A DNA stretch of 64,000 nt from Candidatus Carthagonibacter metallireducens (GTDB lineage: Bacteria; Gemmatimonadota; Gemmatimonadetes; Palauibacterales; Palauibacteraceae): contig JAMJQQ010000036.1 in assembly GCA_023554445.1 (NCBI GenBank), positions 24,778 through 88,777 on the forward strand, in the 5' to 3' direction. The notes beneath the pieces were generated by a model. It was not told where the DNA came from. It was given only the letters and a program-made list of their open reading frames with translations, and searched no databases. This document shows positions 39,799 through 52,867 of this stretch, piece after piece. The position numbers were made by a program, and so were the translations under genes. Within the stretch, counting starts at the first letter, position 1; each line of letters begins with the position of its first letter.

Positions 39799-39869
39799 CC
39801 TCCGGGTCGGCGCACACGAGGCACCCGAGCGCGGTCGTGTGCCCGGAACGAAACCCGCGATAACGAGAG

Positions 39870-40115
39870 GTGAACGACATGTCGGATGCGGCTGCGAAGG
39901 TCAGGGAAATCATCGCGAACGAGCTGGGCGTGGAGATCGAGAAGGTCACGGACGCTGCATCGTTCGTGGAGGACCTTGGGGCGGACTCGCTCGACACCGT
40001 GGAGCTCGTGATGGCATTCGAAGAGGAGTTCTCTGTCGAGATCCCCGATGAAGATGCCGAGAAGATGCAGACGGTGGGTGACGCGATCCGATATCTCGCG
40101 GAGCATCAGGACTGA
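39870..40115 (+). CDS. acpP: acyl carrier protein
   Basis: [20 protein letters not shown] with the phosphopantetheine Ser. 81 aa. Confidence 0.95.
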   Translation: MNDMSDAAAKVREIIANELGVEIEKVTDAASFVEDLGADSLDTVELVMAFEEEFSVEIPDEDAEKMQTVGDAIRYLAEHQD

Positions 40116-40146
40116 TCACGGGGGCGGGGCGGAAGGTGGAACCGAG

Positions 40147-41403
40147 ATGAGCGACCGTCCGCGCGTGGTCGTGACGGGGCTGGGACTCGTCACGCCGGTC
40201 GGCCTCGACGTCGAGTCGACCTGGTCCGCCCTTCTCACCGGCGAGAGCGGCGCGGCTCCGATCACTCAATTCGACGCCAGTGAGTATCCGGTCCGCTTCG
40301 CCTGTGAGGTGAAGGGGTTCGATCCCGAGTCGTACATGGAGCGGAAGGAAGCGCGCCGGGCTGATCGGTTCCTCCAGTTCGCCATGGCCACCGCCGCGCA
40401 GGCAACGGCCCAGGCAGGGCTCGAACAGGCGATGGAGTCGATCGAGCCCGAACGGGTCGGAGTCATCGTCGGCAGCGGCATCGGGGGACTCTCGACCCTC
40501 GAAGACCAGCACGCCAAGCTGTTGGGCAAGGGGCCGGGACGTGTGTCGCCGTTCTTCATCCCGATGTTCATCGGCGACATGGCGGCGGGCATGATCTCGA
40601 TGCGTTACGGCGCCCAGGGTCCGAACTACGCCACGGTCTCCGCCTGCGCCTCGAGCGCGCATGCGGTGGGTGCCGCCCTGCGTGCGATCCGGGTAGGAGA
40701 AGCAGATGTGATGATCGCCGGGGGCACGGAAGCGACGGTGACCCCATTGTGCATGGCCGGATTCGCATCGATGAAGGCGCTATCCGAGCGGAACGAGTCT
40801 CCCGAGACTGCCTCGCGGCCGTTCGACGCGACGCGAGATGGATTCGTGCTCGGCGAAGGATCGGCGATGCTGATTCTCGAGACACTCGATCACGCCCTGG
40901 GCAGGGGCGCTCCGATCATCGCGGAGCTGGCCGGGTTCGGCCAGAGCGCGGACGCATATCACATGACTGCTCCGTCCCCCGGAGGCGCGGGTGCTCAGAT
41001 CGCGATGCGTGGTGCGATGCGTGACGGAGGCCTGACTGCGGACGAAATCGACTACGTCAACGCACACGGGACATCGACACCCGCCAACGATGCGACGGAG
41101 ACGGCTGCCTTGAAGGCCGTGCTCGGGGATCGGGCCGCGAACGTGCGCGTCAGTTCAACGAAGTCGATGACCGGCCACACCCTGGGGGCGGCCGGGGCGC
41201 TCGAGGCAGCGATCTGCGCACTGGTGTGCAATCGGGGAAGTGTACCGCCGACGATCAACTACAAGACCCCTGACCCGGAATGCGACCTCGACTACACGGT
41301 GGCCGGCAAGGTCGATACCGAGGTCCGGGCGGCGCTCACGAATTCCTTTGGATTCGGGGGACACAACGTCTGCCTGGCCGTTCGCCGCTGGGACGGGGAG
41401 TGA
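40147..41403 (+). CDS. fabF: 3-oxoacyl-ACP synthase II
   Basis: VVTGLGLVTP start, active-site Cys in TVSACASS, His in YHMTAP and YVNAHGTST, and GHNV near the C-terminus. Confidence 0.9.
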   Translation: MSDRPRVVVTGLGLVTPVGLDVESTWSALLTGESGAAPITQFDASEYPVRFACEVKGFDPESYMERKEARRADRFLQFAMATAAQATAQAGLEQAMESIEPERVGVIVGSGIGGLSTLEDQHAKLLGKGPGRVSPFFIPMFIGDMAAGMISMRYGAQGPNYATVSACASSAHAVGAALRAIRVGEADVMIAGGTEATVTPLCMAGFASMKALSERNESPETASRPFDATRDGFVLGEGSAMLILETLDHALGRGAPIIAELAGFGQSADAYHMTAPSPGGAGAQIAMRGAMRDGGLTADEIDYVNAHGTSTPANDATETAALKAVLGDRAANVRVSSTKSMTGHTLGAAGALEAAICALVCNRGSVPPTINYKTPDPECDLDYTVAGKVDTEVRAALTNSFGFGGHNVCLAVRRWDGE

Positions 41404-41413
41404 GGAGTCCAGA

Positions 41414-41821
41414 ATGCCGAAAGTCTTGATCTTGATGGGCTCGGAGTCCGACATGCCCACGATGGAGAAGGGGGCCGCGGTGCTCCGCGATGCAGGCGTC
41501 GAGACCGAGGTCGTCGTCAGCAGTGCGCATCGCGATCCGGTCCGCACGGCCGCGATCGCGACGTCGGCCGCCGAGGATGGATACGATGTCGTGATCTGCG
41601 GCGCCGGTCTCTCAGCGGCGCTTCCCGGTGTCGTCGCGGCCCACACGAGTCTCCCGGTGATCGGGGTCCCGATCTCGGCTGGCAGCCTCGGAGGTATGGA
41701 TGCACTGCTGTCGATCGCACAGATGCCCCCGGGCGTGCCCGTAGCCGCCGTCGGGATCGACAATGCACGCAATGCAGCCCACCTGGCGCTTCGCATCATC
41801 GCCGGGCGGTCGGACCGCTGA
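41414..41821 (+). CDS. purE: N5-carboxyaminoimidazole ribonucleotide mutase
   Basis: ILMGSESD and AAHLAL motifs. Short (135 aa) but contains both conserved loops. Confidence 0.8.
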   Translation: MPKVLILMGSESDMPTMEKGAAVLRDAGVETEVVVSSAHRDPVRTAAIATSAAEDGYDVVICGAGLSAALPGVVAAHTSLPVIGVPISAGSLGGMDALLSIAQMPPGVPVAAVGIDNARNAAHLALRIIAGRSDR

Positions 41822-41842
41822 CCGGAATCCCCTCGAGACTGC

Positions 41843-42358
41843 ATGCGCGTAGGTCAGGGCTACGATTCCCATCGATTCGAGCGATCACGCCCCCTGGTGC
41901 TTGGGGGCGTCCGCATCTCCGATGAGAACGGCCTCTCCGGCCATTCCGATGGAGATGCCGTCGTCCACGCGATTATCGATGCGCTCCTCGGCGCGACGGG
42001 ACTCGGATCTATCGGGGGGAGATTCCCCGATACCGACCCCGAATGGGAAGGAGCCGACTCGCTGGATCTTCTCGAGCGAACGATGCGCTGGGTCGAGGAG
42101 CGGAACTACCAGGTCGTGAACGTGGATGTCACAGTGATCGCGGAGCGGCCGCGAATAGCGCCGCACGCGGCCGCGATGTCCGAAGTACTCTCGCGCTACC
42201 TGCATATCTCGCCGGTCTCAGTCTCCATCAAGGGCAAGTCCAACGAGGGGATGGGTTGGATCGGGCGTTCCGAGGGACTGGCCGTCTCCGCCGTGGCACT
42301 TCTCGATCAGATCGGCGATATCGATGCCCTGCATGCCAGCATCCGCGCCGGGGGGTAG
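41843..42358 (+). CDS. ispF: 2-C-methyl-D-erythritol 2,4-cyclodiphosphate synthase
   Basis: GQGYDSHRF, GHSDGDAVVHAIIDA and RFPDTDPEWEGADS motifs. Confidence 0.9.
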   Translation: MRVGQGYDSHRFERSRPLVLGGVRISDENGLSGHSDGDAVVHAIIDALLGATGLGSIGGRFPDTDPEWEGADSLDLLERTMRWVEERNYQVVNVDVTVIAERPRIAPHAAAMSEVLSRYLHISPVSVSIKGKSNEGMGWIGRSEGLAVSAVALLDQIGDIDALHASIRAGG

Positions 42359-42364
42359 GCCCCC

Positions 42365-42994
42365 GTGCACGAGTCGATCGATGGCCTCCTGGAGCTCGTT
42401 TCGAGTCTCCCCGTGGAGGTTCTCTATCTGCTCGTAGGCGCCGGCGCCGCGATCGAAAATCTGTTTCCGCCGATTCCGTCGGATATGTTCGTGGTGGCCG
42501 GAGCCGTTGCCGCGGACCGCGGTCTGCTGGACGGTCGCATCGTGTTCCTCGTAGCATGGGTCAGTAACCTGATTCTCGCACTCATGGTGTACGGGGCGGC
42601 GAGGCGCTACGGGGGCGGAATCTTCGGGACCCGGTGGGGTCGCTGGCTGCTCCGTCCGGAGCAATTGCATCGCATGTCTGTTTTCTACCGGGAATACGGA
42701 ACCTTGACGATACTCGTCAGTCGGTTCTTCCCGGTGTTCCGCGTTCTGGTCCCGGCATTCGCCGGGATCAGCAAGCTGGGATTCTGGCGCACCGCGGTTC
42801 CACTGTCTCTGGCCTCGGCAGCGTGGTACGGGGCACTCGTCACGGCCGGGGTGATCTTCTCGCGGAACATCGAGAAACTCATCGGATCCCTGCGCGCCGT
42901 GAACACCACGGCGGGGCTGGTCGCAGGACTCGCGACCCTCCTGCTCCTGCTGCTGTGGTGGCGCAGTCGGCACCCCGAAGATCCGGGCGAATGA
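42365..42994 (+). CDS. DedA/SNARE-associated family membrane protein
   Basis: LLVGAGAAIENLFPPIPSD and RFFPVFRVLVPAFAGISKL are DedA motifs. 209 aa, multi-TM. Confidence 0.75.
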   Translation: MHESIDGLLELVSSLPVEVLYLLVGAGAAIENLFPPIPSDMFVVAGAVAADRGLLDGRIVFLVAWVSNLILALMVYGAARRYGGGIFGTRWGRWLLRPEQLHRMSVFYREYGTLTILVSRFFPVFRVLVPAFAGISKLGFWRTAVPLSLASAAWYGALVTAGVIFSRNIEKLIGSLRAVNTTAGLVAGLATLLLLLLWWRSRHPEDPGE

Positions 42995-44007
42995 CTCGGG
43001 GCTGGAAGGACGTCACGGTGGCGGTCGGGAAGAACCCCGACCGGGACCACGCATTCCGGGTCGAGCTGTTCGAAGAATACCTCCGTTTCGAACGGAATCT
43101 CTCCGATCGTACGGTTGCGGCGTATCTCCACGACTGCCGGGGATTCGCAGACTTCGCCCTCGAGAACGACGCCCGAAACCCATCCGCCGTCGACTACGGA
43201 CTGCTCCGGTCGTGGATGGCGGAGCTCTCAATCCGGGGGCTCGCGCCTGGCACTGCATCTCGGGCCCGGTCCGCACTCCGCACGTACTTCGCATTCCTGC
43301 TCGAAGAGGGATACCTCTCGGAAGATCCGACCGAACGGCTCGAGTCTCCCGGCCGGAGATCTCGACTGCCCGACGTGCTCAGCGTCAATCAGGTGCTGTG
43401 CATACTCGACACAGCGCGGAAACGGGCGGAGATCGCCAGTGGAGCCGGCGGCCTCACGGCCCGCGCGAAAGCGGCAACACTCAGAGATGCCTGCATGCTC
43501 GAATTTCTCTACGGCTCGGGACTTCGCATCTCGGAACTGATCGGTCTGGCCGTCCGTGACATAGAGATCGAGTCGGGATTCGCGATCATTCGGGGCAAGG
43601 GAGACAAGGAGCGGATCGTGCCCGTGGGCGGTGGTGCGAGGCGTGCGCTGCTCCGGTACCTTGAGGACGGACGGGAGTTGCTGGAGCGCCCCGGAAAGTC
43701 GAGAGGCGCGCTGTTCCTGAACCAGCGAGGGACGCCGATCAGTCGCACAGGGGCCTGGAAGATCGTCAAAGAGGCCGTCGAGCGCGCCAGACCCGAGGCG
43801 GAGAGAGGGGGCTTTCCGATCATGGGGAGTGTGACGCCTCATACTTTCCGCCACAGCTTCGCAACCCACCTGCTGGACGGCGGAGCCGACCTGGTCGCGG
43901 TACAGGAGATGCTCGGACATGCGGACATCTCGACGACCCAGATTTATACGCATGTGGACCGGAGTTACCTGCAGGCGGAGCACAGGCGCTATCACCCGAG
44001 AGCATGA
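42991..44007 (+). CDS. tyrosine recombinase XerC/XerD
   Basis: N-terminal SAM-like domain (ELFEEYLRFERNLSDRTVAAYLHDCRGF) and the catalytic region HTFRHSFATHLLDGGADLVAVQEMLGHADISTTQIYTHV. ATGA overlap with dedA. The context is housekeeping, not an island. Confidence 0.85.
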   Translation: MTRGWKDVTVAVGKNPDRDHAFRVELFEEYLRFERNLSDRTVAAYLHDCRGFADFALENDARNPSAVDYGLLRSWMAELSIRGLAPGTASRARSALRTYFAFLLEEGYLSEDPTERLESPGRRSRLPDVLSVNQVLCILDTARKRAEIASGAGGLTARAKAATLRDACMLEFLYGSGLRISELIGLAVRDIEIESGFAIIRGKGDKERIVPVGGGARRALLRYLEDGRELLERPGKSRGALFLNQRGTPISRTGAWKIVKEAVERARPEAERGGFPIMGSVTPHTFRHSFATHLLDGGADLVAVQEMLGHADISTTQIYTHVDRSYLQAEHRRYHPRA

Positions 44008-44013
44008 GCGAGC

Positions 44014-44547
44014 GTGAGCCACCTCTCCCGAGTCTACAATCTCTCTCGGAATCGGAAACCCGTGAAGCGGTTCGCCGATCGTCCGGTACCGCAAGAACTG
44101 CTGGATCGGATCCTGGACTGCGGCCGCTACTCGACGTCGGCGGGAGAGGATCAGCCCTGGAGATTCGTCATCGTGCGGGATCCGCTGATTCGTCATCGAC
44201 TCGCGGAGGCGGCCTTTCACAGCCGCCTGGCCCGGACGGCTCCGGTCGTAATCGTCGGCTGCGCCCGCCTTCACTCGCGAATCAGCGGAAATGGAAGACC
44301 CGCGCACCCGACCGACCTGGCTGCGGCGGCCCAGGCCATGTCTCTCTGCGCGGCCGACCTCGGACTGCAGTCGTCATGGATCACGGGTTTCCGCGAAACA
44401 TCGGTGCGTACGATTCTCGGCATACCTCAGGACATTCCGGTCGTGACACTTCTGGCTGTGGGATACCCGGACGGTTTCGTGCGTCTTCCCGATCGTCGTC
44501 CCGTCCACGAGACGGTGTCCTGGGACGCGTGGGAGGAACACGGGTGA
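44014..44547 (+). CDS. nitroreductase family protein
   Basis: RYSTSAGEDQPWRFVIVRD is typical of NADH/FMN nitroreductase-fold proteins. 177 aa. Confidence 0.7.
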   Translation: MSHLSRVYNLSRNRKPVKRFADRPVPQELLDRILDCGRYSTSAGEDQPWRFVIVRDPLIRHRLAEAAFHSRLARTAPVVIVGCARLHSRISGNGRPAHPTDLAAAAQAMSLCAADLGLQSSWITGFRETSVRTILGIPQDIPVVTLLAVGYPDGFVRLPDRRPVHETVSWDAWEEHG

Positions 44548-46037
44548 GAGGGCATGGAAGGCGGCCGGCCCTTCCGGTCGCAGGGATTCTGTCTCTGGCG
44601 ATTCTCGCGTGCATCCCCCGCGCTGGCGACGCCCAGGAAGTGGAGTTCACGCCACGAGCGGATCGACCGGTCGAGAGGCGACTCGACGAGTTCCTCGAGC
44701 GTGCGGACTACGCCGTACTGACTTCGGATACCGTACTCCGAGTCCCGGCGTCACCGGACCGGAGCATCCTGGTGCTGGATGCAGCCGTTCGGCTGGCGAC
44801 TACCGTCCCGGGTGACGTGTTCGTCGTGGATGGTGACCTCTTCCTGCGCCCCGGGGCGCGCGTCGAAGGAGACGTCGTCGTGCTCGGCGGCGGCTACTAC
44901 GCGTCGGAGCTGGCGGAAGTCTCGGGCGAGGTCATTTACCTTCCGAATGAGCTGTACAGCGTGGCCCGCACAGACGGGGGTTGGCGGATTTTTCCGATCA
45001 GGGAGGAGCCGAAGGCCGTAGATCTGCACGGCCTGTACGGTTTCGGCTTTCCCTACTACCAGCGAGTGGACGCGGTTACGCTGCGCTGGGGCGCGACGCT
45101 CAGGGCCACGGGATGGGCCTGGCAGCCCAGCCTGGAGGGAGAGCTCAGGTTCATCACGGAGCAGGGGGAATTCCAGGGAACCCTCAAGCAGTACTGGTAT
45201 CCGAGCGGTTCGTTTCAATTCGGATTCGAAGCCGAGAGGGTGACCCGGACGAACGAGGACTGGATCCGCGGTGACATCTCCAATTCCCTCTCGTACTTCT
45301 TCGTCGGAGACGACTTCCGCAACTACTACGGGGCGGATCGAGTCTCGATCGTGCTGCGTGGCAGCGAGACCGCCTCCTTGCAGCCTTTGCTCTCTGTCGA
45401 ATGGGAGGAGGCGAGCAGCAAGGAGGCCAGGAAGCAGTTCGTGCTGTTCGGGGACGATGAGCCCGCTCTCAATCCAGTCGTGGACGAAGGTGAAACGGTC
45501 AGCCTGATCGCCGGCCTCGGTTTGCAGCAGAGAGGGGCCGACCGACGGTTCGAAGCTTCGGTTCGGGCTGAGGTCGCCGATTCTTCGATTGCAGGAGATT
45601 TCAGCTTCGTATTCGGCGAAGCCAGGCTCTACTGGCTCACTCCGGGGTTCGGCTCTCATGAGGTCGAGCTCTTCGGAATTGTGCGGGGGGATCTGAGCGG
45701 AGACCTTCCCGCGCAACGGTGGAGCGCCTTCGGCGGCCGCGCTACGCTCCCCACGTTCGACCTGCTCTCCTTCCGCGGACCCCGACTCGTCTACGGGCAG
45801 GCCTCGTATCTGATTCCGATCTCGGCGCTTCGGGTGGCGATGATCGGGCCGCCGAAAGTTCTGCTCAGAGCCGTGGCTGGCTCGGCCTGGGGGCCCGACG
45901 ACTCGGAGGATTTCGAATCCAACCTCATTGCGGGACTTCGCTGGTCGGTCTTCGAGGCAGGTGTCGCCGTCGACCCGGGCGGATCAGATCCGACCTCGCG
46001 GCTGTATGCGATTTTGAGGTTTCCGGGAGACCTCTGA
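44544..46037 (+). CDS. uncharacterised secreted protein (signal peptide, repetitive beta-rich N-domain, beta-rich C-domain)
   Basis: The GTG at 44544 overlaps the nitroreductase TGA (GTGA). The N-terminus RGHGRRPALPVAGILSLAILACIPRAGDA-QE is a signal peptide. Next comes an ...GDVFVVDGDLFLRPGARVEGDVVVLGG... repeat, then alternating amphipathic beta-type sequence. I recognise no family. The track ORF (44004..) is extended 5' through the nitroreductase gene. Confidence 0.55.
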   Translation: MRGHGRRPALPVAGILSLAILACIPRAGDAQEVEFTPRADRPVERRLDEFLERADYAVLTSDTVLRVPASPDRSILVLDAAVRLATTVPGDVFVVDGDLFLRPGARVEGDVVVLGGGYYASELAEVSGEVIYLPNELYSVARTDGGWRIFPIREEPKAVDLHGLYGFGFPYYQRVDAVTLRWGATLRATGWAWQPSLEGELRFITEQGEFQGTLKQYWYPSGSFQFGFEAERVTRTNEDWIRGDISNSLSYFFVGDDFRNYYGADRVSIVLRGSETASLQPLLSVEWEEASSKEARKQFVLFGDDEPALNPVVDEGETVSLIAGLGLQQRGADRRFEASVRAEVADSSIAGDFSFVFGEARLYWLTPGFGSHEVELFGIVRGDLSGDLPAQRWSAFGGRATLPTFDLLSFRGPRLVYGQASYLIPISALRVAMIGPPKVLLRAVAGSAWGPDDSEDFESNLIAGLRWSVFEAGVAVDPGGSDPTSRLYAILRFPGDL

Positions 46038-46080
46038 GAGGCCGTCGTCACCCGCAAGCCGAATCCGACCCGCAGCACCT

Positions 46081-46109
46081 TTGACAGCCTCTTCGCGCCG
46101 AGCTTACGT
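46081..46109 (+). promoter_or_regulatory. sigma70-like promoter candidate: TTGACA - 17 nt - TTACGT
   Basis: Seen in sequence, 47 nt upstream of the kdsB ATG. The -10 is weak (3/6 matches to TATAAT), so confidence is low. Confidence 0.25.
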
Positions 46110-46155
46110 TGCGGGGCGTGAACGGAACCAGCCCCAGGACCGGATCGCGCCGCTG

Positions 46156-49176
<3,021 letters not shown>

Positions 49177-49180
<4 letters not shown>

Positions 49181-50583
49181 GCGGTCGCGTCGGATTTCTG
49201 GCGGCGGCACTGCTGGCGACGGCCGGCGGACTCTTCGTCCCATCGACTGCCAGCCCCCAGGGCGTCAACCGATGCCCGATCAACATCCAGCGTGCAGGGC
49301 CACGTGTTGAACGTCCGGATCCGGAACGCGAAGGTGCGATCACGGCATTCATCAGCGGACCGGTCACCATAACCTGCGGCGATGCGACAATGACCGGCGA
49401 CAGCGCCGTCTGGCGGCAGGTCGAGGAAACGGGCCTGATGATCGGGAACGTGCGCTACCGTGATACGACCCGGACTTTGAACTCCGAGCGACTCACGTTC
49501 TTCGGTGCGCGGGACGAGGTGGTCGCGACCGGAGACGTCCGGCTCGTTCGGATCGCGAACGGAGCGAAACTCGAGGGACCGCGAGTCAGTTTCACGCGCA
49601 CTCCGTTCGTCGGCTCGCGAACCGTCGCCACGGAAAGGCCACGGATGACTCTGCCGGCGACCCGGGCGGGCGAGGGCGCGGGTCCCCAGACGATCGTCGA
49701 CGCCGACGTGGCCGAATTCGTCGGAGAGTCGGAGGCATCGGCGAGTGGGGAAGTGGTGATGACGCGAGGCGCCATCCGCGCCACGTCGGAGCGGGCCAGC
49801 TTCTCCGAGACGGCTGCGAGGGCGGTGCTCTACGATGACGCCGTAATCAGCGGAGAGGGATTCGACCTGGCGGGAGACAGCATTTCGGCCGGGTTCGAGT
49901 TCGGCGAGATCCGGTCGATCCACGCCTTCGAACAGGCGACGGCGAGCGGACGCCGCTTCCGGCTCCTCGCCGAGCAGATCCGGGCCCGTCTCGCCGGAGA
50001 TCAGGTCGAGATGATCTGGGCATTCGGCGAGGGGCGCTCGCTGGCCTCATCCGAACGCCTCACCCTGGCGGGCGACTCGATCGAATTCGCATTCATCGAC
50101 GGGGTGGCGGACTCGGTATCCGCGATCGGCACTGCTGCGGCGGAGCAGGACATGGGATCGACCGAATCGTTGCCAGCTCCGCCCGTACCCGTATCGAGCC
50201 CCGATTCGATCCTTGCCGGGCCGGACTCCCTGGCCGCGGCCGCGAATGGCCTGGTCGAGCCGGCGCTGGGGATCGACCCCGGCTCGAGCTGGATCGCGGG
50301 AGACACGGTACGGGCCTGGTTCGAACCCGACCCGACGGTTATCGGCGACCCCGCTACTTCGGAAGGCGGCAATTCTCGGATCCGACGGCTCCGGGCGCTC
50401 GGAGACGCGCGTTCGTTCTTCGCGGCCGTCAGGGATTCGGCCCGGAGTCTGGATCCCTCCCGCAATTATCTGCTCGGCGGTACCATCCAGATCGATTTCG
50501 AGGGTGGAGAGCCGCAGACGTTGTCGGGTACGGACGCTATCGGCGTGTACCTGGAACCGGCCGAGGAGGGAGAGCGTGGGTAG
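49177..50583 (+). CDS. lptA: LptA-like periplasmic protein (OstA-N fold), elongated to 468 aa with apparently repeated modules
   Basis: Signal peptide ([29 protein letters not shown]) followed by OstA-like beta-jellyroll sequence ([15 protein letters not shown]...VATGDVRLV). Similar patterns recur twice more downstream. GTGA overlap with lptC, and lptB follows. Confidence 0.6.
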
Positions 50584-51301
50584 CGTCCTGAGGGCCGTCG
50601 ATCTGGTCAAGGAATTCGGAAAGCGGCGCGTGGTAGACGGTATCAGTCTGGACGTGAGCCAGGGAGAGATCGTCGGGCTGCTGGGCCCCAACGGGGCAGG
50701 GAAGACGACGACATTCTACATGATCGTGGGCCTGTTGAAGGCGAACAGCGGGCAGGTGCTGTTGGACGACCAGGATCTCACACGGGTGCCGATGTATCGA
50801 AGGGCACGAGCTGGGATCGGATACCTGTCACAGGAACCGTCCATCTTCCGGCGTCTCACGGTGGAGCAGAACGTCATGGCGATTCTCGAGACGCTCGACC
50901 TGAGTCGCAAGCAGCGGGATCGCCGGCTGGACGAGCTGCTCGAGGAGCTGTCGATCTCGCATCTCAGGAAGAGCAAGGCGTACAGCCTGTCCGGGGGCGA
51001 ACGCCGGCGGCTCGAGATCACACGAGCCCTGGTAACGGAACCCAAGTTCATGCTGCTCGATGAGCCGTTCGCCGGCGTGGATCCGATCGCGGTGGACGAC
51101 ATACAGCGAATCGTCGCGGACCTGCGCACGAAGGGACTGGGTGTCCTGATCACCGATCACAACGTGCGCGAGACGCTCTCGATTACGGACCGGGCGTACC
51201 TGCTGTTCAACGGCAAGATTCACATCGAAGGACCGGCGCAGAAGCTCGTGGAAGACCCGGAAGCTCGTAAGATGTATCTCGGACTTGATTTCGAGCTGTA
51301 G
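50576..51301 (+). CDS. lptB: LPS export ABC transporter ATP-binding protein
   Basis: The GTG at 50576 overlaps the lptA TAG. Walker [10 protein letters not shown], the ABC signature [11 protein letters not shown], and Walker [11 protein letters not shown]. 241 aa. Confidence 0.9.
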   Translation: MGSVLRAVDLVKEFGKRRVVDGISLDVSQGEIVGLLGPNGAGKTTTFYMIVGLLKANSGQVLLDDQDLTRVPMYRRARAGIGYLSQEPSIFRRLTVEQNVMAILETLDLSRKQRDRRLDELLEELSISHLRKSKAYSLSGGERRRLEITRALVTEPKFMLLDEPFAGVDPIAVDDIQRIVADLRTKGLGVLITDHNVRETLSITDRAYLLFNGKIHIEGPAQKLVEDPEARKMYLGLDFEL

Positions 51302-51427
51302 GAGATCCTCCTGATTGCAAGGGGCGTGCCGTAGCGCTCCCGACCCCCTATCATTACCATTCATGAGTCGTGACGGGTCGTATCTCGGAAACTGTGAAAC
51401 CTGAAGCACACGTGAAGCCGGGGGCAG

Positions 51428-52867
51428 ATGGCGAACATGCGACGGGGGCTCAGTCAGAGCCTCGGTATGCGGCAGGAGCTGAAGATCAATCCTCGCCTGT
51501 ATCAGGCGATGGACCTTCTTTATATGCCTCTTCTCGACCTGCAGCAGCACCTCAAGCAGGAGATGATGGCGAATCCCTTCCTCGAGCTGGCAGAGCCGAT
51601 CGACGAGGAGGAAGAAGAGCAGGAGAAGGAAGAGGAAAAGGGAGAGGACGAGATCGACTGGGAGGAGATTCTCCTCAACGGTTTCGAAACTGGCGGACGC
51701 CGGGCCGAGTTCGAGGAGAAGGAGGCGTATCTCCCGACTCCGGCCGCTCCCCCGGACCTCTGGGATCATCTCAGAGAACAGCTCAACCTGACGCGGCTCG
51801 ATCCCCGGATGCGTTTCCTCGGCGAGGAGATCATCGGGAATATCGACCGGGAGGGCTTTCTCACCTGTCCGCTCGAAGAAATAGTGGAATCGGCGAACCA
51901 GTGGTTCTCTTCTGCGGAGCCCGAGCTATGGGAGGAGCTGGAGCCGTTCACGCTCGAGGAGGCGGAGGGTGTTCTGGCGGTAATTCAGTCCTTTTCCCCT
52001 AGTGGCGTCGGGGCTCGGGATCTGAGAGAGACCCTGCTTCTCCAGATGCGCGACCGGGACGAGCTGGACACGCTCGCCGGCCGGATCGTCCGCGATCATT
52101 TTGACCTGCTCGTCAGCCACCGGTGGAGCGAGCTCTCCAAGGAACACGGTATCTCGCCCCAGGACGTCCAGGCTTCGGCGGACGAGATCGCGAAGCTCGA
52201 CCCGAAGCCGGGGCTCAAGTACGCCGACATGAGTGACAACTACGTCACGCCCGATCTCACGGTCGAGAAGGTTGACGGTGAGTACTACGTGTTTCACAAC
52301 GACTCGACGTTGCCGCGGCTGAAGCTGTCCCGGGCCTATCGTGAGGTGGCCGCGGACAAGAACCAGTTCAAGGGCGACAACAAGGCGTTCATCGCCAAGA
52401 AGCTCAACAGTGCTCAATGGATGATCCAGGCGATCGAGCAGCGACGCCAGACGATGCTCAAGGTCATGCATTTCATCGTCGACCGACAGCGCGATTTCTT
52501 CGAGAAGGGCGTGGAGCACCTGCGGCCGCTCACTTTGCGGGAGGTCGCCGAGCACATCGACATGCACGAGTCGACGGTTTCCAGGGTGACGAACGAGAAG
52601 TACGTGCAGACGCCGCGAGGCGTACTTCCGCTCAAGTTCTTCTTCTCGAGCGGTCTTTCGACGGACTACGGCGAAGATGTATCGGCCCGTGGGATCAGAG
52701 CGCGTATTCAGAAGCTCGTCGCCGAGGAGGACACCAAGAAACCGCTTACCGACCAGGCGATCGTGGATATCCTGAAGAAGGAAGGTGTTCAGATCGCCAG
52801 GCGGACCGTGGCGAAGTATCGTGACCAGCTAGGCATTCTCTCGGCGCGGATGCGAAAGCGCGTATGA
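51428..52867 (+). CDS. rpoN: RNA polymerase sigma-54 factor
   Basis: The N-terminal Gln/Leu-rich region I, an acidic region II (EEEEEQEKEEEKGEDE), and the C-terminal RpoN box ARRTVAKYR with its HTH. Confidence 0.95.
   Translation: MANMRRGLSQSLGMRQELKINPRLYQAMDLLYMPLLDLQQHLKQEMMANPFLELAEPIDEEEEEQEKEEEKGEDEIDWEEILLNGFETGGRRAEFEEKEAYLPTPAAPPDLWDHLREQLNLTRLDPRMRFLGEEIIGNIDREGFLTCPLEEIVESANQWFSSAEPELWEELEPFTLEEAEGVLAVIQSFSPSGVGARDLRETLLLQMRDRDELDTLAGRIVRDHFDLLVSHRWSELSKEHGISPQDVQASADEIAKLDPKPGLKYADMSDNYVTPDLTVEKVDGEYYVFHNDSTLPRLKLSRAYREVAADKNQFKGDNKAFIAKKLNSAQWMIQAIEQRRQTMLKVMHFIVDRQRDFFEKGVEHLRPLTLREVAEHIDMHESTVSRVTNEKYVQTPRGVLPLKFFFSSGLSTDYGEDVSARGIRARIQKLVAEEDTKKPLTDQAIVDILKKEGVQIARRTVAKYRDQLGILSARMRKRV

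Noticed and set aside
42991-44007. Tyrosine recombinase as a marker of an integrated mobile element
   Set aside because: It has the XerC/XerD-type N-terminal domain. It is translationally coupled to dedA and followed by housekeeping genes. I see no flanking direct repeats, no tRNA, no GC shift and no phage or plasmid genes. It is most likely the chromosomal dimer-resolution recombinase.
51601-51660. GAG/GAA-rich repetitive stretch
   Set aside because: It encodes the normal acidic region II of sigma-54 (EEEEEQEKEEEKGEDE). It is not a tandem-repeat element.
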